Assembly (NCBI GenBank): GCA_951804945.1
Contig: OX638152.1
Span: forward strand, 67,332,001-67,396,000
Origin: Podarcis cretensis
Taxonomy: Eukaryota
Length of the DNA stretch: 64,000 nt
Direction: 5' to 3'
Positions within the stretch are counted from its first letter, which is position 1. Every line of letters begins with the position of its first letter. Positions 38,690 through 52,700 of the stretch are shown here, piece by piece. Both the position numbers and the translations under genes were made by a program. The notes below the pieces were generated by a model. The model was not told where the DNA came from. It saw nothing but the letters and a program-made list of their open reading frames with translations, and ran no database searches.

Positions 38690-40679
38690 CTACATCTTGT
38701 TCAGCTTAGGAAAATATGCTGTATCTGGGCATTCAGCATTCTAGGCAAGCAAAATGCTCAGACCAGGCATGTTTGACCCAGTTTCCTGCTTTTTTTTAAT
38801 CCTAAAATTCTAACTTAAGCTATTCATGAAATATTCATAAAATCCTGCTGTTTCAGAATATCTCTGACCTGTTTGAAAGTAGTATGCTTATGTGAGCACT
38901 ATTCCCAGGCACAATCCAGAGTTCTTAGAACAGAGCATCAGCAAAAATCTCTTCCGAAGCAGGACAGCAGTGTGTGTGTGTGTGTGTGTGTGTATGAGTC
39001 AGAGAGAAAGAAAGCAAATATGCACATGCATGTGAATGTATTTCTATATATTATAATATATATGCAGTAGACAAGCAAGTATAGTGGCATGCTAGATTTG
39101 TCACTGTTGGGTTCTGCTTGTTAGAGACAGTAATGGCATGTGTGCATGCATTTAGGAACTGAACTCATTCTCAACTGAATAAAATATGAAAGTCAAACTC
39201 TAAAAATATTCAGAACAGAGGCTATGGCTTTCAATTTTTATGCAAATGAAAATACATCCCAAACAATGCAGATTGTACATTTTGTTTTATGGAGAAACTA
39301 CTGTATTAGAGGAAGGGACGCAGGTGGCGCTGTGGGTAAAAGCCTCAGCGCCTAGGACTTGCCAATCGAAAGGTCGGCGGTTCGAATCCCCGCGGCGGGG
39401 TGCGCTCCTGTTGCTCGGTCCCAGCGCCTGCCAACCTAGCAGTTTGAAAGCACCCTCGGGTGCAAGTAGATAAATAGGGACCGCTTACTAGCGGGAAGGT
39501 AAACGGCGTTCCGTGTGCTGCGCTGGCTTGCCAGATGCAGCTTGTCACGCTGGCCACGTGATCCGGAAGTGTCTGCGGACAGCGCTGGCCCCCGGCCTCT
39601 TAAGCGAGATGGGCGCGCAACCCTAGAGTCTGTCAAGACTGGCCCGTACGGGCAGGGGTACCTTTACCTTTACTGTATTAGAACTCTTGCTTATTTATGC
39701 TCACTTGGGGCCACTTCCATGTGGATATCAAAGACGGGTATGTAATCCAGCGGCTTAAGTTCCACAAAAAAGATGTAATAAGCATAACAGACATTTCTGT
39801 TTCTATGAGAAGTGCCATGGAAGTAGGTGGACATCTTGAAGCATGCTAAATTTCTGGAAATGCTTGCTACATTTTTATGTAACTTTAGGGCTCTGTAGTC
39901 TAAGTGTAGTTAGCAATAAAAATTCCACAGTGCAGTATATAATCATCTTAAGTCCAAAGTGCTTTATATAAAGAACAGGAGGGGGAGAAGGGTCAAAAAT
40001 GGAAAGAGCAATGGCGCAACACACCTGCAGCTGGTGCTAGAAAGTACTGATTCATAATTTCTATAAACAAGTTAAGATCTTCCTTTGATCTTACATAAAT
40101 GCACACACTTAGAAACAATTCAGTTCAGCACTACACACAGAGAGAAGAGAGCACATCACAGCACATCCTGCCAATATAATCTAAACCCCATGGCCTTCAT
40201 ATCAAGATTGTGGAAAATAGATATTCAACAACAACCCAGAAATTGAGTCTGTTTTTTAAAATTATTATTTTTTGCATTGGGGGCTGTGAAGATCTCCAGG
40301 GGATTCCCTTAAAGGGACATGACTTCCCCTTTAATAAGTTCCCAATGCAACTCTACAGGGCAACTCAGTAGTACAGCCCATGACAGGGAGCCGCTGTTAT
40401 CACCAAGGCCTAATGAAGAGCTCTTGGAGCTCATGGGCTTCAATAGCCCTGAGAGGATAAAGGCTGGCTTGCTGGAGAAGGAAAGAGAGAGCCAGAGACC
40501 CAAGGAATCTCCATCTCTTGGCTTCTTCCCCTGGCAGCAGGGAGGTACAGGGGGCACTGATAAGAGGCTTCCCTTACCACTCCAAGCTGGGGAGAGGATA
40601 CTGTGAGACTGGGATACTGTGTGACCTTAGAATGCCCTAAGAAAATGCCAGCATAACTGCTGGAGCTACCATTGTTCAA

Positions 40680-40720
<41 letters not shown>

Positions 40721-43700
40721 GTAATAATAATTTATTATTTATACCCAACAAAAGATTAAAAATACATTAAAACATCAGTCATTTAAAACTTCCCTAAACA
40801 GGGCTGCCTTCAGATGTTCTTCTAAAAGTCAGATAGTTGTTTATTTCTCAACATCTGCTGGGAGGGCGTTCCACAGGGCGAGTGTCACTACCGAGAAGGC
40901 CCTCTGCCTGCTTCCCTGTAACTTCGCTTCTCGCAGTGAGGGAACCGCCAGAAGGCCCTCGGCGCTGGACCTCAATGTCCGGGCTGAATGATGGGGGCCG
41001 CGACTGTTTAGGGCTTTAAAGGTCAGCACCAACATTTTGAATTGTGCTCAGAAATGTACGGGGAGACATTGTAAGAAAGCCAAAGAGTATTGGGAGATGA
41101 TATACTCAGAATTAAAAAAGATGTTAAGGGGCTCGTTTCCCAAGAAACCAGAGATGTTCTTATTGAGTATAGTAGAGGGGGAAATACCCAAGAAAGTACT
41201 TAGTCTTTTCCTTTATGTAATAACAGCAGTGAGAATAATTTATGCCCCAAAGTGGAAGGACAAAAATAGATTGGAAGAACAAGCTAATAGGATACGCAGA
41301 GCTAGCAATGTTGACTGAAAAGATAATAAATCAGGATGAGTCCAATATAAAAGAAGCGTGGGAATACTTTTGGGAATATTTAAAGAAATATAACAATCAG
41401 ATAAACTTCCAAGTGGGATTAGATATATGAGCAGCAGTTAAAAATAAGCAGAAGATGGGTGGCAATTAAGGAGATGCAGCTTAACAGGGACTAAATAAGA
41501 CCCCACAGAGGGATGTGTGTGGAAGTCAAGTGTGTGGAATGTAAGATTAACGATGGCAATTGTATAATTGATGTACTAAGATATGTAAAATACATACCGT
41601 ATCTTTCCGTCTATAAGATATCCCCCATGTATAAGACGCCCCTATTTTGGGGGACTCAGATTAAGAAAATGGGAGGAGATGTATAAGACGCTCCCTAATT
41701 TTTGACTTTTTTAAAGGGGAAAGACCTAGTCTTATACACAGAAAAATATGGTAATTATTAGTATTTTTTTTTAAAAAAAGCTTGCATTTCCCTGTCTTGT
41801 TTTCAATGGTGGCTCACATTTGAGCATATTCCTCCATGGACCAAGAAGCATTCAATGTGTCACTCCTTCAGGGGCTCTGCTAGGAAAGGGGCTATTAGAT
41901 GAATATTAAAACCCAATATCTGCATGGAAACTTCCTGCAACGACCTTGGATTCTCGTGTTTATTATTTAATCTACACTTCTAGTACGTGAAATTACAAAC
42001 TCCTTAATACTTGTTTAAATCAGGTCAATTTGAAAGGACACAATCTTTGTTAAAATTCCAGTATGCCAAGATTATCACTGAGGTACCCTTTCAATTTTGA
42101 ATTACCCCTTCTGATTGGGAAAAAACTGGTAAGGCAAAATATTTTGCTTCTCTTTCATCAATGCCAGTCTATAAGTAAGTATTCTACTGTTTAAAGCTCT
42201 GCTTTACTATTTTCTTCAAGCATCCAGCTCCAAATACATAGTTTGTGACTGTGTTAAAAATTAATTACCTAGCTCCAGATTCTGAAGCAGGAGTGTACGG
42301 CTCTACTCATTTACTCAGGACTTGTACAAGTTCTTCAGGGGGAAAGGTGCCCTTTCATCCACAGCCTGCTGTCATAAAGCAACTTGAATAGAATAGTGCA
42401 TTTAACATGAATAGGAATTCATGATTTACAGGTGGAACCTTTGTATGACTTTTCCCTGTAATTACAGAAGGCTAAGGAGAAACCCCAGATGCCTACTCAG
42501 TTCCTATTTCACATGCATTTGTGGGTTTTCTGAATAATACAACCCTAAATGCAGAGCTATATGACAGAAGACTACATGGCAATGTGTATAGGATCTAAAT
42601 GCTCTGATTCTGCTTATATTTTACACAACCCATTTAATTTATGTGGCTTCATCACAGTTTGATGAAGACTTAAATTATACTAAGCATGCATAGCTGGCAG
42701 AAGATTGTACCAGTATCTTAAATTTAAGCAATACCTTAAGTGTTCTGTGGGTGGGCTTTGTTGGTTTTTATCCAGCCATATAAAACTTGAAAGACTAGTC
42801 TGAGTTGCCACCTTTCTTAATTTAATGTACTGATCAGACTATTAAACACAGCATGATTAAAAGGAACACAGCATAGGAAATGCAGCATGAGGCAAATTGC
42901 TGGCACACACCAGCTCTTCTGTTAAGGAATTAAGCAGCCATTTGCACAGTCTGTAGCAGAAGGAGCAGTACAAAGCTGGCCAGGTGGAAGAAGTCCTGGA
43001 ACCAGAAATGTTCAGTATGCAAAGCAGAGACACAGAAGGCAGCATGATGAATTGTTGAGAGATGCTTTTTTGGGTCACTGCATCATAATGAAAACATATC
43101 ACAGTGCTGCGGTCTCCACTATTACCAAAGATAGTTGGATGTGTATGCATCTATAAAATTATATATGCAAACATATAAATACACACACCAAACCTTTTGG
43201 ATCATTTAGTCCAACCCCCTGAAATGAAGGAATTGTTCACCCAACATGGGGCTCAAACCCACAACCCTGAGAGTCTCATGCTCTACTGGCTGAGTTATCC
43301 CTTAGGCAATATTTGTATGTATGTATAAGAAGAGACATACATTTAATAAATTAATAAATAAATCTCCATCAATGGATAGTAAGCAAACAATGAAAAAGAA
43401 CCCCTCCGAAACAAAAATTGTATGATTGGTTTTTCAGATGATTACAAATGGACAAAATCTCCATACGATGGAGGCACAGATTTTTTTCCTAGCCAAAGTC
43501 ACCACCAACTTTGCAAAATGATGGCACTGCTGAGGTGAGAGCAAGCTTAAAGACATAAATGATGACAGTTTTGCCAGGCATCTAAAGTGGCAGCTTTGGC
43601 TTCACCTGAAGTTTGACAGTCATTTGAAAAAATGTTTAATTTAAAAAACCCAAGCAGCTGCCATGTGCTGTTTTCCAAGAGGAATATGCAAATAGCTAAG

Positions 43701-46700
43701 TAGTAATATATTAAACTTGGTCCATAAGCTACAGAATTTGCTTTATTTTTAACATAAAACTATCCTATTAGTTTTGAACCAAAGGAAGAGTCCCTCTTAC
43801 TCATGAGCTTTAAACTGTGCTAACATGCAGTTGCGTTTTCTTAAGCCATATCTGGCATTGCACAACTGTCATATATAGTATTGCAGCCTATCAATTATCT
43901 GATAAATATATGCAAAAACCTAGGGTGTATCAAACACCAGTAAGACCATAATATTTGGCTAGCATGCTGCATATAATCCAGGAGGAGGAAATTTGACAAA
44001 CTTGTCTGTTTACTAGAAGTTCTCTGGAAGCACTGGACATTTCAGAGCAAGGTTATATGCAGGAATGCACTGTTCAACCAGTAAACATGAAGGGCTAAAG
44101 ACTGGTTCACCAATGCAAGTACATGGCTTCATTTCCCATTTTTTGTAAACTGCTTTGAGGGTTTTTACAATCAAGCAGTTTATAACTTTTATAAACTTTT
44201 ATATATCCATCCCTGACAGATGACTCCTCACCTGAGAAGAATCTGCCTTAGGGTGATTTAGAGCCCACAGAAGCTCAGGAATGGCTCACAACAACAGTCA
44301 AGGAAGAAAAAGGGGGGCCTTTGGGTGAGACTGGCAGGCATACCACCCCCCAGAAAGGAAGCTCAGCTTCTGAAGCAGAGACAGAACCATCCCTGAAATC
44401 CTGGGAATGATGGCACCTCAAGAGGCAGACCAAGACCCGCACAGTCAAGTAGAATGCTTGAGTGCAGAAGAAGACTCCTCGTAAGCTGTGACTTAGGACT
44501 CCTCCTTATGAGAAGGATTCTCTGCTGATCTGCTACTGGAACTACATCTTGCTACTAGCACTGGGTCTTGTATCTGATCCTTGGCCTTGGCTTACCTGCA
44601 CCTTGGAATGCCCCTCGACTTGCCTCTTGCCTGAGCCCTTGTTGGAACCTCTGATTGCCTGGAATTGGACTTTGGGCTGCCTGTTGCTGCTGTCTATGCC
44701 CACAACAGCCTTGGTTGTTTGGAAGATCCCCTGGGACACGACTGGGCAGGACACATTTCCTCATGACTCCCGGAAGAAGAGTAAGTCCAGCAACTCAACT
44801 GAGAGGCACTTTCAACTCGCACTGACAGTGAGTGAAAAGGAAGTTCTATCTGTGCCGACCCATTGAATATTCAAATTGTCATGTGATGTTGCAACATCAA
44901 GAAATGAAGGTGCATACGTGAAGCAGCTGTAAGTGCCTGTGCAAATAACTGGGAAATTGTTTGGCATGTAACTACTACAGTTGCCTTTAAAGCCTATTGC
45001 AGTATTAACAACCATTAACCAGCAGAGGCCGTATATAAAGGGTTGCGAAACTTTACCTTGTGTGTTTTGCTGGAACATCCTATTGAGATCTAAGGAGGAT
45101 GCTCTGGAATGTGATTTCTGTGGCCTTGGTGGAGGAGTTGGTGGTTCTCCCCCCTTTTTCATCGCATCTTCTATAGATGTGCTTGAATAAGATCTTGGGT
45201 AAAAAAGACAAGATTAAAAGGGGAAAGCTACTGGGGTTTTTATGCCTACTGCAAAGGTTGTAAAAAGCAAACACTGGAAGAATGTATTCATTAAATATGA
45301 CATACCCCCTGACTTTATGTTTAGGGACGGTGCTTTACAGCCACATGGTGGAGCCAGCTTGAGTCCACTCCACAATAATATTTAATGTGAACTGTGTGTT
45401 TCATACAGACAGAATTCTGATTCGTATTAAGCATTATTGTGGTGTTAGTGGAAAGGATGTAATTACCTACCATGTGAAACTTCTCTACCATATGAGGATT
45501 GTAACACCTCCGTCAAACACACATAAGTCATAGTACTGTGCCAGGATGTTCTTTGGGTAGAACTAGGATAAACTGCCTCATAGTTATCTGATGACTTGGC
45601 TCCTCGCCTTTAGCTATTATCGGCAGCAATCACACTTAAATGCACTTTATTTAAGGATAATATATGGTAAACCTATATATGGATGGAAATGTGTACATAA
45701 AACATCGGAAACAGGTCATTCCAGGGATTACATACTGAAGGCTTTTGAATATGGTACAGGCAGGTGTACACAACACATATAGTGTGTGCAATTCTTTATA
45801 GTAGGGAGTCTTACGTATAACTGACATTCTAAATACTGTGGCTTTTAGAGATGGGTAGTTTTTGAAAACTCCTTAGTTGTATATATTACATTGCGAGACC
45901 AAGGCATGGAATGCTGCAGAGCTAGACTTTTTTGTTTTTAACCTAAGGGCCACATTCCCTCATGAACAAACTTCTGGGGCCTTAATCCTAGGCTGGGCCA
46001 GACGCAAAAAGTGAGGAGCAACTGTTGTGACTCTTACCTTTGTACAACAGGCCCATGCAAGGGGGTAGGGGAGCAACTGGGTACCCTTGCCCTGGGCCTT
46101 GGAGGCCAAAGCAAAAAAATTAGGGACAGGCTGGGGGTTTTGTTTGAGTTTATTATTTATTAAATTTGTATACCGCCCTACACACAGGTCTCAGGGCGGT
46201 TCACAAGATAAAATCACAATATATAAACACAAAATACATAATCAAAATAACCCCCAAAGCACATTTTAAAAGGGCAATAAAATTATAACTTTATTCCAAC
46301 AAGACTCTTGTCCCAGGCCTCTGATAAGCTCTGCACAAGCCTGATAGGCTACACTGAAGCTCTGCAAGTATCAAAGGTTTCTACACTACCTCTACTCACA
46401 CGCAAGTATCCTCCATTCAGTTAAGAATGTAACAGCCTGTTGGATTAGGCCAAAGTTCTATCTACTCCAGCAAAAGGTCCTCACAGTGGCCAACCACTGC
46501 AAGCAGAACCTGAGCACAACAACGATCTCTCATCCACATGCACCTTGGGCAACTTTCCTAGCAACTGAGTGGTTGCAAATGAGGCACAGGGAAGTCTTGG
46601 GGATGTGCAGAACTCTACACATAGGTCTTTGGATCTAAGCCAATAACTGTTTTCAGTGCTGACTAGAATATAGTTGATGTTTGTGACCGTTTCATTAAAA

Positions 46701-49700
46701 ATGGAAACAAAACACTAAGATCATTATGAATTTTCATGAGGGTTCTTAAACACTGCAGAGTTACACATGCTTAAACTTCTGTTTTAGGCATGCCTAAATC
46801 TGAGTTTTGGCCACATGACCTGGAAGCTGTACGCCGGCTCCCTCGGCCAATAAAGCGAGATGAGAGTTGTGACCCAGAGTCGGTCACAACTGCACCTAAT
46901 GGTCAGGGGTCCCTTTACCTTTAAATCTGAGTTAGATTTAGGCATCATTGTGAGCCTTTACCCTTTATTTACATCTACTTTGCTCAATTCAAACCATTTC
47001 ACTTCATCTAGATAAATTCCCCTACCTGTAGCTGTCTTTTTCACTGCCAAGGGATTCAGATGGATTTCCTGAACGTTTTCTAACAGGAATTTCCATTATT
47101 TTGCTCTGCACGATTAAAAAATCCATCTCTTCAATTTTAGTTCACTCTCCCATCATATGCGAATAGTTTATACATATTATGAGATTAAGCATACAAATGC
47201 ACTAGCTATCACTTGTAGTTCTTACTTTTACCCTGCCAAGAATTGCTAACTGGTTTATGATTCATAGCAAGGAAGCCTCCATTTTTTATATAATGATAGT
47301 CTTTTTTCCTTTGCAAGGGGGGAGGGGAAATCATCAAGTTATTTTCACACCTGGATGCATAGACTGCGAACCTGTAGAAGGCAGCAGGCAAGAACAGGTG
47401 CACACAGAAAGAAATGAATTATTCTTTGTTCTTGCTTTTGCTTACCTGGATCTTGGTCTTGCTTTAAGTGTGTTAGATTCCTGAGCAACTGTAACAAAGG
47501 ATCACTTGTTAGGAATATTTTCAGGAAGTCAGATTGCCTAATTATCAGTGATGCTTCAAGATGAATCACTGTAAACATGTGCTGCCTATGAACAGCGCTA
47601 CTGAGCACTTGAATATAAGGCAGTTCACATTTTTAAAAAATCCTTGACTGTATTCTGAGGTCTGAACAAGCAGACTGCATTTGAACAATCACCTCTCAGT
47701 GTATTAAGATGAGATATGAACAAGCTTTGTGCTCCTGCATGTGAGCTAAGAAACAAGAAGGGAAGATTTTGGTTAATCCAAACTGGAAACCTCTGCTTAC
47801 TGACTTCCAAACAAGCCAAGTTACTAAGCCATGGTAAAAAGTTGGCTTGCTAACCTGACTTGTTTGGAAGTCAGTAACCTTAGGTTCCCTGGTTCAGACA
47901 TAATGAGAAACTATACTCTATTTATTTAGCAAAATGTATATACCACTTACTGGACAGAAAACCTGTTTGTTTGTTTGTTTGTTTGTTTGACACCCATCTG
48001 ACTGGGTTTTCCCAGCCACTCTGAATGGACAGTTTGTTCCTGGCCCAATAAAACCATCATTTATTGAACTAAGATTTTTATGTCTGCACTGGGCCATTAG
48101 CAGTATGACACATGAACCTCTCATGTTACAGCAATAATCTACAAATTGGCCTGTGCAGCTATATTCTATACATTATTACACTGCTGCACCTGTTACAAGT
48201 TTTCATTGTATAACCACATAAAATTGCAGCCATGGGAGGAGAACTTGAAGATGGTTCAATTGGCCATGACAAGCAATGATCTATTGATTGTTCGAAAAAC
48301 AAAGAACATGGAAAACTTACAGAAGAGGAAGATACCTAAGATATACTATTTCTTCCTGAGATGCTAACTTTTTATATATAGAGTGGTTTGGTTTTAACAT
48401 GTAGGACCATTCAGACATATACATCTGCTTTCAAGTGGTACATTTTTCTGTATGTTTATATGAACTATAAGAAGGCAATATTATACTAAACGAAAGTGAC
48501 AGTTAATAACGTTCAGGAAGAGAAGTAGATTTTACTAAGTGGCTCATCACTTTAGATCATGTGTAAGTTCAGGACTTTTTGCATAAGGAAAATGGGATAG
48601 TTATTAATCATTAATGACAATCCTCTTATGTTGGAGACAGAACTTCAGCAACAGGTGCTCAGCGACCCAATTTTGCTAGGTGTGTTTTGGATTATTTCTT
48701 TTTTGAAACATTTTTAAAAATGTAATAAGAGAGGTTTTATAGAGAGATCAAAGTAAAGTATATCTTTTTCTAACAACATGAGAAAAAACAAGTGCTATTA
48801 AATTCTAATGATTATGCATAAGATTGAAGTTTAAATGTAACAAGGAATAAGCTTCTTTTCATTTTTCTTCCTTCATTCACTAGACCAACAAATACACAAG
48901 TCTTACAAAAGCTTCTCTAATACTTCACACAGTGAAGAGGAAAAATATTCCAAGGTAGAGCCAATTAGTTATAACAGGCAGACAGCTATGTATGCACAAG
49001 ATTCTGGTCAATACTTTATATATACTGGAAACCCATGAAGCCATTTTCTTTATACTGCCAATAGCTAATAACCCAATAATAAATATATTTTATGCTGAAA
49101 CAAGCATAAATGCACCAATGTAAGTAAACTTAGAGATTCCACATTAAAACAAACCTGCTTCTGTGTTATATAGGAATTTTTCCATACCTGTTTTGACAGC
49201 CAAGTGCTGAGATGCTTTGACTTCCTTCTGTATTGTCTGGGAAGAAGCACTAACTTTCAGACCTTTAGTAAAAACAAAAACCGGAATGTTACTTGTTATT
49301 AATTATTCCACATAGGAAAAAAGGTTATTCCAGTTACCACTTCTAACTCTTATTTGTCCCTATAAATGTCCTTGTCACACACTAAGAAGAATTCAGCTCA
49401 CACAGAGAGTTATCAGGGCTATCTAAGACCAATGCTGAAGTTACATAATATAGATAAGCTTCAAGATACATTTAACTTCAATAATGTTTGTTATTTCCTG
49501 CATAGACTTCCCAACAGTAAACTACCCTTATGAGTTTTTAGTTGAGATGTAAACCATTGGAAGCCCCGGATAAAGTATGCAGAAGCTTAGGAAAAACATT
49601 TAGTAGCTAAATGGATAAGAATAGTACATATATCATGCATAACTTTACCAGAGCTTAGCCTTAGTTCTTATAACATTACTATAATGTTGTTCCACAGATG

Positions 49701-52700
49701 GTTGTGTGAGAAATCAATACTGTCTGAGGCAGTTATGCAGAAGCATCAATCTTGATTACGAAATACAAGCACTGAGCTTTTTCAGTAGGTAAGAGGACGG
49801 GGGGGGGGGGGGAGCCCTCATTGACAGGAGCCACATGCCTTGCCAAAGATGCCCAGTTTCGTTTCGTTTCGTTTTCCTAACCAGGAGGAACTGTATAAAT
49901 TATCCATTTCCAGCTGAAACCTAATTAATTAAAAGACAGCAGATTGCTATTGTACCTTGTTTGTTATCATTAACTGTGTCCTGTGTCAGGGCAACTTTAT
50001 CAGACATCTCTTCAAGTGAAGTCTCCTTATAAAAGAGAGGAAAAGTAAGCTTGTAATTTAAAAAAGAAAAAGAAATAGAGAAGGGCAACCTGCAAATCAT
50101 TTTAGAGGTTACAGGCTGACAGAAACCTGTAGGTCTGGAGAGACCTCAGGAGAAGATCTTAGAAGAAGAGTACAATCAGGACAAATTTAATTTCCTATAT
50201 TATATAATCCAGTTTTGAAGCTAAACTATGTGTCACAAAGCAAGCTGGTGGGTTGAATTTGAAAGGAAGTGAAACAGCAAAGGAATTGTTTCACAAATGT
50301 GATATAAACTGCAATTCTACATACAGTTATTCAGTAGTAAGTTCCATTGTGTTCAGTGACTTATTTACAAGAAACTGTGTTCCATATTGCAGTCAAAGTC
50401 TTATTTTCTTCTTTTACTACATCTAACACAGTACACTGCAGCAAGAGTTCTGTCCACAGTGAAAACCTGAAACTTATGCTTGTAACCCAACAATCACATG
50501 ATGACTGCCTTGTAATCACAATCAGCCTGTTGGTTCATCTCATATTTCAATCATTTTTCAGGGTCATGTGAACAGGTCCTATTGTATGAGAATTGTCCAA
50601 ATGCAATTTGTTAACAGGTTATAGTTCCAGCATTGTATTTGCCAGGAAATTATCTAATGAAGTAAGCTCTCTTTCTCCTACTATTCCACAGTCATCTTTT
50701 TAAAATGCACATGCAGTAATACTTTTCCAGCAAGGATACCAAAGGGTATATAAGTAAAATCAAAACTGAGGGAGGTTACTGTTTTTTTCTGTTTGTTCGT
50801 TTGTTTTTGGTGTGCTATATCTTTTGTGTTTTCATTTTGTACTTTTATGCTGTAAATTGTGGATCTTTGGATGAAGGGCTGTTTATAAATTTAATTAATA
50901 AATAAATGCAATTCTACACAGCGACTAATGCAATAAATATAAAGAAATGGTCACCAACTGGGTCAGTGGAAGTTGCCTCAAAGAGAATCAATGGTTCCGA
51001 GTTGCTTGGATCTTCGCGAACAGTTTCAAGCTGGTTATTTTTAAAATTGAGGGATAAAATAAATGAGAGAGAGAAGCATAGATCATCCTCTGTAGTGTGA
51101 AAAAGCACATCAGTATAAATTCTAAGACTAGAAGCTTTCACAAACAGTTATATAGCAGTGACAATTGAATAATTCTTGTTCAGTTTTGAAAGAAACTTTT
51201 AACAACAAATCTATTGCTGAAGCCAGGCAACCAAAGTTTCCCAGTCTCGTATTTATTGTAGCTTATAGTGAGAAATTGTTTCTAGAGTAAGAATAAAATT
51301 ATGTGTGGGCAGGCCATATATAGGTGGTATAAAGAATTGAAACATGGCCTCATACTAGAATTGAAGCTCCACCCTCATACTGAAGCTCAACCAGGTTGGG
51401 CATTGCCTGTGCGAATATTGGGGGCTCATTGGCAGCTCCATACTACTGGCTGTACAAAGTCTGGCACTGACCTTGTCTTTCTGGGTTTCTCCTTGTTATC
51501 TGTACTATCACTCAACACATTCTACAGCTGATCCCAGATGTGAGGAACCTTTGGCCCTCATCTCTGGTCATCAAATATGCTTGCTTTGGCTGATGGTAGT
51601 TGTAGTTCAGCAACATCTGGAGCACCAAAGGTTGCCCACACTACACGTTTCTCTATAACCACTTACAGTCCATTATGCATAGAAGGTCTAGCCAGGAGCA
51701 CAGAGAGTAACCTGCTAAAAGTAAACTAAGCATGGAGTGTTGATTATCCAACGGTTAAATCAGTCTCATACAGGATACAAAGTCTCTCTCTCTCTCAACC
51801 GTTTGTTTTAAAAATTTAAAATTAAAGTTAAATTTAATTTAAAAGAAGTGACAAGCAAAACAGAGGTGCGTTTTTAAAAAACACACCAGCAGGTGAGTTT
51901 TTCTTACTTCAGTCCTACTGAAGTCCCTTGTTTGTTGACTTGCTGCCAATGATTCTGAATAAGAATTCAAGACACGATCACTTTTAGGCTGAAGAGGAGC
52001 TAAATCGAAGAAAAAGATAGAAAAACAAATAAGTCCTTGCATTAACCTTTATGTGAACTGTGAACACTTTCTGTGAACTGCACCACTGTATTAACGTTCT
52101 TCCTTAATATATTGTGTACTATTATCTGACAAGTACTTTTTATTTTAAAATGCTCTTTTATTCTATTCCAGGGCTATGGACATGCCATTTTTATGGAGGA
52201 AAAACTATTGATTTTTATTTGGGGCCACTGGGGGACCTGTGGTCCTCTGGATGTTTCTGAGCTCCAACTCCTAATATCCACTGGTCACACTTGCTGGGGC
52301 TGATGGGAGTTGGAGTCCAACAACTTTTGGAGGGCCACAGATTTCTTCACCCCACTATGTGCTGCTGGGGGGACAACTCCACTAAAGTTAGTTTCATATT
52401 CTAGGGTTCCCGGTTTGTTGTTATGTGCAAATAAAGGACTGTGTTCTTAGAACAAACTTTGGATGTTTAAACAGTGCCATTTCATAACTCACTGATTAGT
52501 TTTGAAATTGACTGGGAAATCTGGTTTCTATGTAATGCCAGAAATATTGGAAACTGAAAATAACTTTCTTCTCTCTCTGTCTCCCCGCCCCCCCTTTAGT
52601 TTTCCATTAGTATCTGCTGCTCTGGGCCTTAACTGGAGTCCAAGGGTTACACACATGTGAAGGTGGTGGATAGTTTGTGTTAAGGACTCTGAGTGAGAGG

